Source: Accumulibacter sp.
GTDB lineage: Bacteria > Pseudomonadota > Gammaproteobacteria > Burkholderiales > Rhodocyclaceae
Direction: 5' to 3' (one strand)
DNA: 64,000 nucleotides
NCBI RefSeq assembly: GCF_024235695.1
Contig: NZ_JACKLX010000012.1
A program made the position numbers and the translations under genes. Positions 43,725 to 53,876 of this stretch are shown here, in pieces. Numbering within the stretch: the first letter of the stretch is position 1; each line of letters starts with the position of its first letter. The notes beneath the pieces are model-generated. The model was not told the origin of the DNA and made no database searches. It saw only the letters and a list, made by a program, of their open reading frames with translations.

Positions 43725-45041
43725 GCCATTCACCTTGTCTTGCATTATTAACCAGTAGTACTATCATGTTTCTCCATTGCTTGGTGATGGAGGAGACGTG
43801 GTGGGACGTGTGGCGGTGGTGCTGTCTTGCACAGCGGAGGTGAAGGAGTTGGAGCGTATGTCACGGAGTCGCAGCGGCGAGGTTCGCTTGGCCGAGCGAG
43901 CGCGAATCGTGCTGGGCTGTTTGGAGGGTCGGCGAAACGAGGAGGTTGCCCGCGCAATCGGCGTTCGTGCGAACACGGTGGGGCTGTGGCGTCGGCGCTT
44001 TGCCGAGCATGGTTTGCCTGGCTTGCGTGATGCGGCGCGGCCGGGCAAGCCCGCGAAGTACGGGCAGGATCTGCGTGACCGCATCCTGGCGCGACTCGAA
44101 CGGACACCTCCGGAAGGCAGGCAAGTTGGGATGGCGGTTCGCTGGCGAAGGCGCTGGACGTATCGGACGATGCCGTGTGGCGCGTGTTGCGTCGAGGGTA
44201 TCCAGTTGAGCGGCATCGCTCCTGGTGTGTCGCACGGACCCAGAGTTCGCCGCCAAAGCGGCGGATGTCATCAGGTTGTACCAATCCGCCTGAAAGGCGC
44301 TGGTCCTGAGCGTCGACGAGAAACCCTCGATCCAGGCTCTGGAGCGTCGGCGCGGCTATGTCCAAACCAGTAGCGGAAAGGTGGTTCAGGGACTGAAAAG
44401 CACGTACAAACGCCATGGCACGATCAACCTGTTCGCCGCCCTCGAAGTGGCCACCGGCGTCATTCGAGGCAAGACCACCCAAACCAAAAAGCGCGCTGAT
44501 TTCCAAGCCTTCATGGAGGAGACAATCGCTGATGAACCGGCCGACCGTGAGATCCACGTCATCTTGGACAACCTCAACACGCACAAGAACAACGACGAGT
44601 GGCTCGCCGCTCACCCCAACGTCACCTTTCACTTCACGCCTACCAGCGCCAGTTGGCTAAACCAAGTGGAGATCTGGTTCGGCATCTTCCAGCGCAAGAC
44701 CCTGAGAAACGCCAGCTTCTCGAGCCTGGATCAACTCGTCGCCGCCATTCAGAGCTTCACCGCCGCTTACAACCAGAACGCCGCCCCATTCGTCTGGCGA
44801 AAGCGAGAGGTCAAGGGCGCGCAGCTGCGGAATACTATTGTTAACCTATGCAATTAGACACTAGTTCCACTGCCTCCCCTCGCAGAACAAAACCGCATCG
44901 TCGCTAAAGTCGATGAACTGATGGCTCTCTGCGACCAGATGGAAGCGGAGCAGGCGGACGCGGAGAGCGCACATATCACTCTCGTTCACACCCTGCTCGC
45001 CACCCTCACGCAAAGCCCCGATGCCGCCGAACTCGCCGCCA
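43556..45041 (+). repeat. 169-bp direct repeat of the hsdS central conserved region (43556-43724 and 44873-45041)
   Basis: Hand alignment: about 11 mismatches and no gaps; copies flank the IS630. Confidence 0.9.
43733..44864 (+). mobile_element. IS630-family insertion sequence, frameshifted transposase
   Basis: HTH part RARIVL...WRRRF...GL..L.D..RPG.P; DDE part VDEKP, YKRHGT.NLFAAL, VILDNL.THK, TP..ASWLNQVE.WF in different frames; right end ...TAGACACTAG; left inverted repeat degenerate. Confidence 0.88.
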
Positions 45042-45904
45042 ACTGGCAGCGCCTCGCCAAACACTTCGACACCCTCGTCACCACCGAATCCAGCCTCGAC
45101 GCCCTCAAGCAAACCGTCCTTCAACTTGCCGTCATGGGCAAGCTGGTTTCCCAAGACCCGAATGATGAGCCAGCTGCTAAGTTGCTCGGTGAAATACGAA
45201 CCCGTCGCGCGATTTCTTTGAAAAGTGGCAACCCGAATCCTTGCGAGGCGTCGGTACAATCCAAGAAACAGGAAAAGCAACGTTGCCCGCTCGATCTTGA
45301 CGAACTACCACGAGGCTGGTCATGGGCAACGTTGATTCAGTGCGCCGAAATCGTCGTGGACTGCCACAACAAAACCGCGCCATATACCTCTAAAGGAATT
45401 CCGCTCCTGCGCACAACGAACATTCGAAATGGCTCGATGAATCTGAAAGAGCCCAAATTCGTATCGGCTGAAACCTACGAAAGATGGAGTTCACGTTGCA
45501 AACCGAGACCCGGTGACATACTTATCACTCGGGAAGCTCCAATGGGTGAAGTCTGCATCATTCCAGAAGGAATGACGGTGTGCATGGGGCAGCGAATTAT
45601 GCTTATTCGCCTCGTCGACAACACAATCGTGCCTCGCTTCCTGCTCTATTCGTTACTTGAGCCAGGCTTGATGGAACGTGTTCAAGACAAACCTGTTGGA
45701 GCCACGGTTGAACACTTGCGTGTTGGCGGTGTGGAAACCCTCCTCGTACCTCTTCCTCCCCTTGCCGAGCAACACCGCATAGTCGCCAAAGTCGATGAGC
45801 TGATGGCCCTCTTCGACCGCCTCAAGGCCGACCTCGTTGAATCCCGCAAGCAGCAGGCACGTCTCGCCACCACCCTGATCGAATCGTCCCTCAAGGCCGC
45901 CTGA
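44865..45904 (+). pseudogene. hsdS: hsdS 3' half (central conserved region + TRD2 + C-terminal conserved helix); open from ATG 44921
   Basis: PLPPLAEQNRIV...LQLAVMGKLVSQDPNDEPA...ELPRGWSW...GDILITRE...PLPPLAEQHRIVAKVDELM. Confidence 0.88.
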
Positions 45905-46202
45905 ACCGGGAACCAGCAGGCACGGTGAGTGACCGCGTCCGGCGGCAGCCGGCCCGTGACTGGCGCTTACCGGGGCGGCATTCGCCCCCGCCGGAGTATC
46001 CCGCAATGCCCAGACGCAACAAAGGATGGAAGCCGCCGCCGGCGCCGCCCTCGTTCGCGCGCGCCGGCGGATTGCCGCTCGGCCTGATGGCCGCTATGAT
46101 TCTCCGGGCCTGCGAGTGGATGCAGAGGATGCAGAGGATGTGCAGAGGCGAGCCCGATAGCGATGGCGCGACGTCCGAAAATTTCAATGGGGAGGTGAGC
46201 CT

Positions 46203-48845
46203 TTGAACAATCCGGACCACCGGCACGGCATCCGTGCTTCCTGGCGGCTCGCGATGGCCGGCTTGCTGATCGCCGTGGCGCTGCCGGCAGCGGCCCAGCA
46301 ACCGAGCACCGAGCAGATCGGCGCGATTCGCCAGGCCTGTCGCGCCGATTACCAGGCGCACTGTGCCGGAGTGCCCACCGGTGGTTCGGCGGCGCTGGCC
46401 TGCCTGCAGAAGAATGCTGTCAGCGTGTCGCCGGCCTGCCGACGGGCCTTGCAGGCAGTGAGCGCAAGCGCGTCGCCGGCAGCCGCATCAGGCAACAGCG
46501 TGGTGGCGAAACCGTCTTCGCCAGCCGGCGCGTCAGCCGCAGCGACGACCGCCGACAGCTGGCCGCACACGGTACGCGGCGCCGGCGGCAGCGCCATCGT
46601 CTACCAGCCGCAGGTCGTTTCCTGGGTCGGGCGGCAGACGCTGCGCACCCGCATCGCCGTCGCCCTTACCCCCACCGGCGCCAAGGCGGCGGTCCTCGGG
46701 ACGATCGAGGTGAGCTTCGCCACCTCGACCGACCTGGGCACCCGCTGGGTGAGCTTGTCGAAGCCGCAACTCGTCAGCTCACGCTTCCCGGCCGCCGACA
46801 CGGCGCAGGCGCAGCGCTTCGAAGAAAGCATTCGCAAGGCGCTCAGCGCGTTGCCGGCGAAGCGCGTGCCGCTGGACATGATCCTGCTGAGTCTGCGCCA
46901 GGACAGCGAAACGCCGCCGGCGGTGGCGCTGCACAACGAGCCGCCGCAGATCTTCGTCAGCCAGCGTCCGGCGAGCTTGCTGCTGTTCGACGGCGAGCCG
47001 GTGATGGCGCCGGTCGCCGGAACGCCGCTGACCGTGGCGGTAAACACCAACTGGGACGTCTTCTTCGATGGCGACGACAGCGCCTGGTACTGGCTGAACA
47101 ATGGCGCTTGGTTGCGTGCCGCCGCGGTGAAGGGACCGTGGGAAGCCGCCGGCGCGCTGCCAGCCGCTTTCTCCGCGTTGCCCGAGGACGGCAACTTTGC
47201 CGACGTGCGCAAGCAGGTCCCGGGCAGGCAGATCAGCGCTGCCGAGGTGCCGCAGGTGTTCGTGTCCACGATCCCGGCGGAGATCATCGTCATCGAGGGC
47301 GAGCCCCGGTTCACGGCGATTCCGGGCACCGCCCTGCAGTACGTGGCCAACACCGACGCGGCGCTTTTTCGCGACACGGCCAACGGACAGCTGTACTACC
47401 TGGTCTCGGGCCGCTGGTTCGCGGCGCCCGGCCTCCAGGGTCCCTGGTCCTTCGCCACCTCGACGCTGCCGGCCGACTTCGCACGCGTTCCGGCGGACGG
47501 ACCGCGCGGTTTCGTTCTGGCCTCGGTGCCGGGCACCGTGCAGGCGCAGGAGGCGCTGATCCAGGCGCAGATTCCGCAGCAGGCGACGCTGGAAATCGCC
47601 AGCGCCAGGCTCGATGTGAGCTATGCCGGAGAGCCCAGATTCGAGCCGATTCCCGGCACGGCGATGGCCTACGCGGTAAACACCTCGTTCAATGTCGTGC
47701 GCGCGGAAAGCGCCTACTACGCCTGCTACCAGGGCGCGTGGTTCGTCGCCTCGTCGCCGGTCGGAGCGTGGACGATCGCCAGCCAGGTCCCGCCGGTGAT
47801 CTACACCATTCCGCCGAGCAATCCTCTGTATCCCTGCACCTATGTGCGCGTCTATGCCTCGACCCCGGCCACCGTGACCTATGGCTACACGGCGGGCTAT
47901 ACGATGGGTTTCGTCAGCGCCGGGGTGATCGTCTACGGTACCGGCTACTACTATCCGCCGTTCGTGTACCCCGGCCCGGTGCCGATCTTCTACCCCTACC
48001 CGGTAACCTATGCCGGCGCCACTTACTACAACACCGCCACCGGCGCCTGGGCGCGTGGCGGGTCGATCTACGGGCCGTACTACGGCGCGCGCGGCGGCTC
48101 GGCCTACAACCCGAATACCGGCGCCTATGCGCGTGGCGGCGCGGTATACGGTCCCTATGGCGGCGCCGGCGCGTTCTCCGCCTACAACCCGAGTACCGGC
48201 AGCTACGCTCACGGCAGCGCCGTCTGGGGTCCCGACGGCGCTGCCGGCAACGCCAGCTGGTACAACGCGCGCACCGGCGTTTCCGGGAGCACCAACCAGA
48301 ACAGCAATGCCTACGGCCGCTGGGGGTCGAGCACGCTGTCCGGTCCGAACCAGACCGTGCACACCCAGAGCCAGGGCAACGCGCGCGGCTCGAGCGGTTC
48401 TTTCAGCTCGAGCAGCGGCGCCGAGGGTGCCGGCGTGCGAGGTGCCGGCGGCAATAGCGCCGGGGCGGTGAAGACCGCCAGCGGCAACGTCTATGCCGGT
48501 GCCGACGGCAACGTCTACAAGAAAACAGACAGCGGCTGGCAGAAGTACGACAGCGGCTCGTGGAACAAGGTCGAGAAGCCAACGACGGCGGCGCAGTCAG
48601 CCGCTGCCAGCCACTCGCGGCCGGCGAGTCCGGGCAATCGCTCGGCGGCGAGCGCGGCCGGCACGGCGACACCGTCATCGATGGCCAACCGGCGGCAGGG
48701 TTTCGAAGGTTTCGGACAGCTGGAAAACGACCACGCGGCGCGCTTCGACGGCGCCGAGAGGCAACAGCGGTTCAGCGCCGCCCGCGAAGGGGGCTTCGCC
48801 GGCCACTTCGGTGGCGGCGGCTTCGGCGGCCGCTTCAGGCGCTGA
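46203..48845 (+). CDS. Large secreted protein with N-terminal Cys-rich repeat and Gly/Tyr-rich C-terminal repeats, function unknown
   Basis: 880-aa ORF, signal peptide, C..D....C..V..GG....CL.......S..C, repeated NT..D/F modules, YNPxTG repeats, NVYAGADGNVYK; start TTG 46203 or ATG 46254. Confidence 0.8.
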   Translation: MNNPDHRHGIRASWRLAMAGLLIAVALPAAAQQPSTEQIGAIRQACRADYQAHCAGVPTGGSAALACLQKNAVSVSPACRRALQAVSASASPAAASGNSVVAKPSSPAGASAAATTADSWPHTVRGAGGSAIVYQPQVVSWVGRQTLRTRIAVALTPTGAKAAVLGTIEVSFATSTDLGTRWVSLSKPQLVSSRFPAADTAQAQRFEESIRKALSALPAKRVPLDMILLSLRQDSETPPAVALHNEPPQIFVSQRPASLLLFDGEPVMAPVAGTPLTVAVNTNWDVFFDGDDSAWYWLNNGAWLRAAAVKGPWEAAGALPAAFSALPEDGNFADVRKQVPGRQISAAEVPQVFVSTIPAEIIVIEGEPRFTAIPGTALQYVANTDAALFRDTANGQLYYLVSGRWFAAPGLQGPWSFATSTLPADFARVPADGPRGFVLASVPGTVQAQEALIQAQIPQQATLEIASARLDVSYAGEPRFEPIPGTAMAYAVNTSFNVVRAESAYYACYQGAWFVASSPVGAWTIASQVPPVIYTIPPSNPLYPCTYVRVYASTPATVTYGYTAGYTMGFVSAGVIVYGTGYYYPPFVYPGPVPIFYPYPVTYAGATYYNTATGAWARGGSIYGPYYGARGGSAYNPNTGAYARGGAVYGPYGGAGAFSAYNPSTGSYAHGSAVWGPDGAAGNASWYNARTGVSGSTNQNSNAYGRWGSSTLSGPNQTVHTQSQGNARGSSGSFSSSSGAEGAGVRGAGGNSAGAVKTASGNVYAGADGNVYKKTDSGWQKYDSGSWNKVEKPTTAAQSAAASHSRPASPGNRSAASAAGTATPSSMANRRQGFEGFGQLENDHAARFDGAERQQRFSAAREGGFAGHFGGGGFGGRFRR

Positions 48846-48964
48846 CAGCGCATCCGTGTCCAGCCGCTCGGCGTGCGGCACTACGGCGAGCGGTGCGGGG
48901 GGCGACGGTGCAGGGATCATCCAGGCATCCCTGGCATTGACGCATCGTCTGTCAGCTTCCGGCG

Positions 48965-49650
48965 ATGGCCAGATCACTCGGACCCGAATTTGCAGGGGCC
49001 GTGTCTCAGGCCACCTCGCGTGGCAATCTGTCGCCCGGGTTACGGCAACTGAACGGCCGCCATGCGCAGCGTTTCAACCGTCGCCATGGCCAGGCGGGAC
49101 GTTTCTTTCACGGGCGCCGGCAGGCGATCGTCCTGCCCAAGGACGCCTGCCTGCTCGAGTTGACAAGCCATGTCGTGCTCAATCGCCTGCGTGCCGGGAT
49201 GGTCGAATCGCTCACGGAGTGGCGCTGGAGCAGCTTCCCAGCCGTCATCGGGCAGGCGGCAGCGCCGCGGCGGCGGAACACGGACCGGCTGCTGCGTCGG
49301 TTCGCTTGGCAAAGCGGCCGCGCGTGCAAGCGTTGCGACGAATTCGTGATCGCTGGCTGGACCCCGCCGAGTCCCCTTCGCCACGCCCGCGATCAATGGC
49401 TGCTCGCTGACAAGGCTTTCCTGGAGAAGTACCGGCAAGCAGGCCTTCGGGCGCCGGTGCGGGCAGTTTCGAAGGCTCACCGGCAGGCAATCGCGTTGCC
49501 GCTTGATGCGTATCGAGCGCGCACCGCGGAGCGGGATCAGGCGACCGCCCCCGCCTGACTGTCCGGCGCCTGGACGATGGCCGGGATCGGCCGTCATTGC
49601 GCCGTACATTGCGTGACGGTGGGTCGCGCGGTCGGCAAGTTCGAGCAGGA
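48965..49650 (+). pseudogene. Degenerate REP-associated tyrosine transposase (RAYT/Y1) remnant
   Basis: MAR.L..EFAGA....TSRG joined directly to NLS..LRQLNG.H.QRFNRRHG...F.GR..AI...D.CLLEL..HVVLN..RAGMV....W.WSS; HUH segment absent; in-frame stop at 49558. Confidence 0.75.
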
Positions 49651-49995
49651 CAGCGCATCGGCGGCGCAGTCTCGACGTACCGCCGCCCGCTTGCCCCTTT
49701 CCGGCCGTCCGAGCGTCTCGTGCCGGCGTGCGGCGGATGCGCTGCAGCCCTCGACCGGCTGGCCGGGCGTTGGCGCAAGGCGCGTCTTGCCGCCTCACGC
49801 GAGCGCCGCAGAAGAGCCATCGTGGGCATTCTTGATCGCCACCCGTTTGCCCGACCCCCTCCGAAAACCCCCCAAGAATGTGGGGGATTTACGATGACAA
49901 GAGAATTCGCTAAGGTGATTTCGCTGGTAAGGCTCTTGGCCGGCCATGTGCCGAATGAGAAAGAATCCCATTCTTTTGCGGACAAAGGAGAAACC

Positions 49996-50754
49996 ATGAA
50001 ACGGAAATCGATGACACAAGGCGCCAGGGCGCTCGCTGCCGCAGCAACGCTGACCGGCGCACTGCTTGCCGTGCCGACTGCGGAGGCGGCAGTGACCGTG
50101 CTCGCTCCCGGCTCTTCCGTCGCGGGGAAAACCATCGGGCAATGGTCCGAGGCCTGGTGGCAGTGGGCCTTTTCGCTCGACGCCACCGACAATCCATTCA
50201 CCGACGGCTCACAGGCCGCCGCCAGCAACGGGCAATCCGGGCCGGTGTTCTTCCTCGCCGGAACGACTGGTGGCACGGCCACACGAAGCTTCAGTGTCCC
50301 CGGCGACAAGTATCTGCTCGTGCCGATGATCAATCTGGAGTTGTCGGATCTCGAGGATCCCACAGCCTCGGCTGCGGACCTGCGCGCCATGGCGACCGAC
50401 ATCATCGACATGGCCGACAGCCTGACGGGAAAAGTTGACGGCAGTGATCTTGCTGCCGACCTCTTCCTTTATCGCGAACCCACTCCCGGCACCTTTTCCT
50501 TCGTGGCGGCTGCCGGCAATGCCTTCGGTGTTATTCCCGGGACGGCCAACGTCGCTGTCGGCGACGGTTACTACTTGATGCTGGCGCCGATCGGCCTCGG
50601 CACATACACCCTCACCTACGGCGGCGGCATATCGACGTTTCCGTTCGCCACCGAAGTCGAAGCGACCGTCACCGGCGTCCCCGAACCAGCCGCCCTCGGC
50701 CTTCTCGCCGTCGGCCTGATGGGTCTGGCCTGGGTGCGACGTCGCCCGCTCTGA
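49996..50754 (+). CDS. PEP-CTERM surface protein
   Basis: AAGGAG RBS, signal peptide, W...WWQWA..., GPVFFLAG; C-terminal VPEPAALGLLAVGLMGLAWVRRR. Confidence 0.88.
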   Translation: MKRKSMTQGARALAAAATLTGALLAVPTAEAAVTVLAPGSSVAGKTIGQWSEAWWQWAFSLDATDNPFTDGSQAAASNGQSGPVFFLAGTTGGTATRSFSVPGDKYLLVPMINLELSDLEDPTASAADLRAMATDIIDMADSLTGKVDGSDLAADLFLYREPTPGTFSFVAAAGNAFGVIPGTANVAVGDGYYLMLAPIGLGTYTLTYGGGISTFPFATEVEATVTGVPEPAALGLLAVGLMGLAWVRRRPL

Positions 50755-51050
50755 CTCCGGTTACCGCTCTGGCGGAGCGGCAAGCCGCGTCCGCCAGAGC
50801 GTCGCGTTCGTCTCCGGAGCGCTGAACGGGCAGCGCGCCTGCGGCTGGCGAACGGCAAGTCCGGGCTGACGTTCTCGCGCCCGCTTCTCGCTGAGCGAGT
50901 TCGCGGGGCAACGGGCAAGGCCGCGTCGGCCGCTTCTTTCGGTCGCCGCCGGCAGGCCTCGGCGTTTGCGCTGGCGATGGCGATCGCGGTGGAGATTCCT
51001 CGCGGCAGGCGCTATAGTTCGCTCGTCGTCCAGCCGCGTTCGAGGCTCGC

Positions 51051-51683
51051 ATGAGCACCAGCATCTCCGTCTTGCGTTCACTGCCGGCCGCCGCAGTCGA
51101 CCTTCCCGCGCGTCGCCAGGAGGTCTTTCGGCCGGGCACGGGCGCAGCCGGCAGCCGTGGAGCGACCAGCGCCGCTGGTGCCAACCAAGGCGGTGCAACG
51201 AGCGCGAACGCGAGCGTCGACAGCGGTCTGTCGGTCGAAGACCTGCGCCAGATCGACGCGCTGCGTGTCATCGACCGGCAGGTGCGCGCGCACGAGCTGG
51301 CGCACATGGCGGCCGGAGCCGGGCTGACCGGCGGCGCCTCCTTCACCTACCGCGTCGGCCCGGACAATCAGCGCTACGCCGTGGGCGGCGAAGTGAGCAT
51401 CGCTATTTCGCATGCCGGCAGCGCCGAGGAGACGATCGCCAGGGCGCAGCAGATTCGTTCCGCCGCGCTGGCACCCGCCGACCCGTCGCCCCAGGATCGG
51501 AAGGTCGCGGCGCTGGCGTCGCGGATGGCAGATGCGGCCCGGCAGGAACTGGCCGCCGAGCAGGCGGCGGAAAAGGCGGCGAGCGCGCAGGGAGCCGGGC
51601 GACGCGAAAGCGGCGCGGTCGCTGCCATTTACCAGGCGGTCGCCGCCGGGCCCTCGGCCAGTGCCTTCGACGCCGTCGCCTGA
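51051..51683 (+). CDS. SprA-related (putative metalloprotease) family protein
   Basis: DRQVRAHELAH (HExxH), Y.VGPD...YAVGGEV.I, AALAPADPSPQD.KVA. Confidence 0.85.
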   Translation: MSTSISVLRSLPAAAVDLPARRQEVFRPGTGAAGSRGATSAAGANQGGATSANASVDSGLSVEDLRQIDALRVIDRQVRAHELAHMAAGAGLTGGASFTYRVGPDNQRYAVGGEVSIAISHAGSAEETIARAQQIRSAALAPADPSPQDRKVAALASRMADAARQELAAEQAAEKAASAQGAGRRESGAVAAIYQAVAAGPSASAFDAVA

Positions 51684-51758
51684 TCGTCGGCCAGGGCCGA
51701 AAATCCCGACGCCTGCACGCGTTTCGGCCAGCGATTTCGGTTTGCAAAGGAGAGTCGA

Positions 51759-52376
51759 TTGCCTTACCCACATGGCGCCCTGCCGGGCGTAAGCCTGCTG
51801 CTTGCCCTGTCGGGCATGCCGGCACTGGCGGCGAGCACGGTCGATCAGGCGCGTGCCGAAGAGATCGTCAGCGAGCGGTGTTCGCTCTGTCACGGCGCGC
51901 AGGGCGAAGCGGCCAGCGTCGTCTTTCCGCGCTTGGCTGGCCAGCATGCCGAGTACGTCGCCAAGCAGCTGGCCGACTTCAAGAGCGGCAAACGCAAGAG
52001 CGAAACGATGCAGACGCAGGCCGCCGGCCTGACGCCAGCCGAAATGCAGGCGCTGGGTGCCTTTTTCGAAAGCAAGAGCGTCGCCGCGAAGACGCCCCGC
52101 GACCTCGAGCTCATCGCCGTCGGCCGCTACATCTTCAACCAGGGGAATTCCTTCTCCGGTCTGCCGAGTTGTGCCAGCTGCCACGGGCCGCAGGCGCATG
52201 GCACGCCGCAGCTGCCCCGCCTGGCCGGGCAGCATCCGCGCTATATCGAGGATCAGCTGCAGCAGTTCAACAAGCGCGAGCGAACCAACGACAACGCCGT
52301 GATGCATACCGTGGCCGCGAAACTCACCGCCCTCGAAGCGCACGCCGTCGCGGAGTACATCGCGACGCTGCCGTGA
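51759..52376 (+). CDS. Di-haem cytochrome c4
   Basis: Signal peptide; CSLCH and CASCH, two PRLAGQH motifs, distal Met candidates; start uncertain. Confidence 0.9.
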   Translation: MPYPHGALPGVSLLLALSGMPALAASTVDQARAEEIVSERCSLCHGAQGEAASVVFPRLAGQHAEYVAKQLADFKSGKRKSETMQTQAAGLTPAEMQALGAFFESKSVAAKTPRDLELIAVGRYIFNQGNSFSGLPSCASCHGPQAHGTPQLPRLAGQHPRYIEDQLQQFNKRERTNDNAVMHTVAAKLTALEAHAVAEYIATLP

Positions 52377-52404
52377 GCGGCCATCGGCCGGTGTGCACCG
52401 CCAG

Positions 52405-52428
52405 GGCCGCCGACGCGGCCTTTTTCTT
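52405..52428 (+). terminator. Intrinsic terminator after cytochrome c4
   Basis: GGCCGC-CGAC-GCGGCC-TTTTTCTT. Confidence 0.65.
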
Positions 52429-52608
52429 GTCGGCGGGAGCGCCGGCAGGATCACGGTCTGCGGCAAGGTGAGAACTAGTTCCTGTGGCCTGCCGGGCGCT
52501 TGCTGAGAAACTCTGTCGCCAGGCGGCAGCTGCCGTCGCACGGCCTTGCGGCGCCCGGCCCGGGGCAGGCCGCAGGCTCGACAATGACCGCAAGGACTCG
52601 GCAAACAG

Positions 52609-53538
52609 ATGATCCGAAACGCTTTCCTGTTGCTGCTGGTGACCGCGCTGCTGGCTGCTCCGGTCAGCAGCGCGGCCGACAGCGGCCGCCAGACACCACG
52701 GGTGGCGGCCGCACTGGCGCAGGGACGAGCGGCGGAACTCGGGCTGGGGATCGCCCGGAACCCGATGCTGGCCATGGCGCTGTACTGCGATGCCGGGACG
52801 ATGGGCAGCAGCGATGGCTTCTTCCAGCTCGGCCGCATGCTGGCCACTGCACCACCGCCCTTGCGCCAGCCGGCGCTGGCCAACACCTATCTGGCGTTGG
52901 CGGCCCGCCTCGGACGTAGCGAGGCGCTCAAGTACTACCAGCCGAGCGTGGACCAGGTGGTGCCTGACGAGCCCTGCAGCGAATTCGCCGCCGGCGCTCG
53001 GACGCCGGCCTTCGACCTCGACGGCTATCTCGCCCGACAGCCGCTGGCGAAGCAGAGGGTCGCCGATCTGATTCGCCGCCTGGCGCCCGAATACCGGATC
53101 GACGCGCGCCTGGCACTGGCCATCGCGCTGGCCGAGTCGAATCTCGACAGCGCTGCGGTCGCGCCGAACAACGCCCAGGGCGTGATGCAACTGATCCCTG
53201 CAACGCAGCGCAGCTACGGCCTCAGCAGGCCGTTCGACGCCGAGCAGAACGTCAGGGCGGCGCTGGCCTATCTGAGCCGGCTGGACGAGCGCTACGCCGG
53301 CGACTGGCGGCTGATCGCGACGGCCTACGAAGCGGCAGAGGCAAGCGTCGACCGCTGCCCGCCGCCATCGCCGCAGCTGGAAGCGCGGCAATACGTCCGG
53401 CGCGTGCTGCTCTTCGCCGGCTTCGCGGTCCCTGAAAAGGTCGGCGCCGGTGGCCAGGCGGCGCCGACCGGGCGGTCGCCGGCGACGCCCGGCGAGCAGC
53501 TCGTCGGTCGGCAGCAAGCGCTTCCCTGCCGCGCCTGA
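52609..53538 (+). CDS. Lytic transglycosylase (SLT domain) with Sel1-like N-terminus
   Basis: Signal peptide; AIALAESNL, AQGVMQLIPAT, EARQYVRRV. Confidence 0.82.
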   Translation: MIRNAFLLLLVTALLAAPVSSAADSGRQTPRVAAALAQGRAAELGLGIARNPMLAMALYCDAGTMGSSDGFFQLGRMLATAPPPLRQPALANTYLALAARLGRSEALKYYQPSVDQVVPDEPCSEFAAGARTPAFDLDGYLARQPLAKQRVADLIRRLAPEYRIDARLALAIALAESNLDSAAVAPNNAQGVMQLIPATQRSYGLSRPFDAEQNVRAALAYLSRLDERYAGDWRLIATAYEAAEASVDRCPPPSPQLEARQYVRRVLLFAGFAVPEKVGAGGQAAPTGRSPATPGEQLVGRQQALPCRA

Positions 53539-53634
53539 TGCGCTGACCACCGGCGGCCTGCCGCCCGCCGGCAAGCGGCAAAGGCCTCGCTCACCGCAGG
53601 GCCCCGGCGCGCGAGACCTGGCGATTGAAGGTCA

Positions 53635-53669
53635 GCACCAGCACCATCACCAGCACCAGCACCAGCACC
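53635..53669. repeat. Short hexamer tandem repeat (CACCAG)n
   Basis: gcaccagcaccatcaccagcaccagcaccagcacc in the intergenic region. Confidence 0.7.
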
Positions 53670-53876
53670 GGAGATATTCCACCCTCGCGCATCCGGTTCG
53701 CCGTCGCGGCCGTCGGCGGGCGTCTGCGATCGAGTTTCGCGGCGGCGTGTTCAAGCTTCACCGCACCGTGATCATTTGATGAGGACTCGGGGAGGGCGGC
53801 TTCCTATGATCGTTCGTGCGAGCTCGGCGCATGCGGCTCGATTTCCCATCCGACCCTTTTCTCGAGGAGAATACAG

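Noticed and set aside
46118-46149. GGATGCAGA tandem repeat as CRISPR or contingency locus
   Set aside because: Only about three imperfect units, no spacers, intergenic
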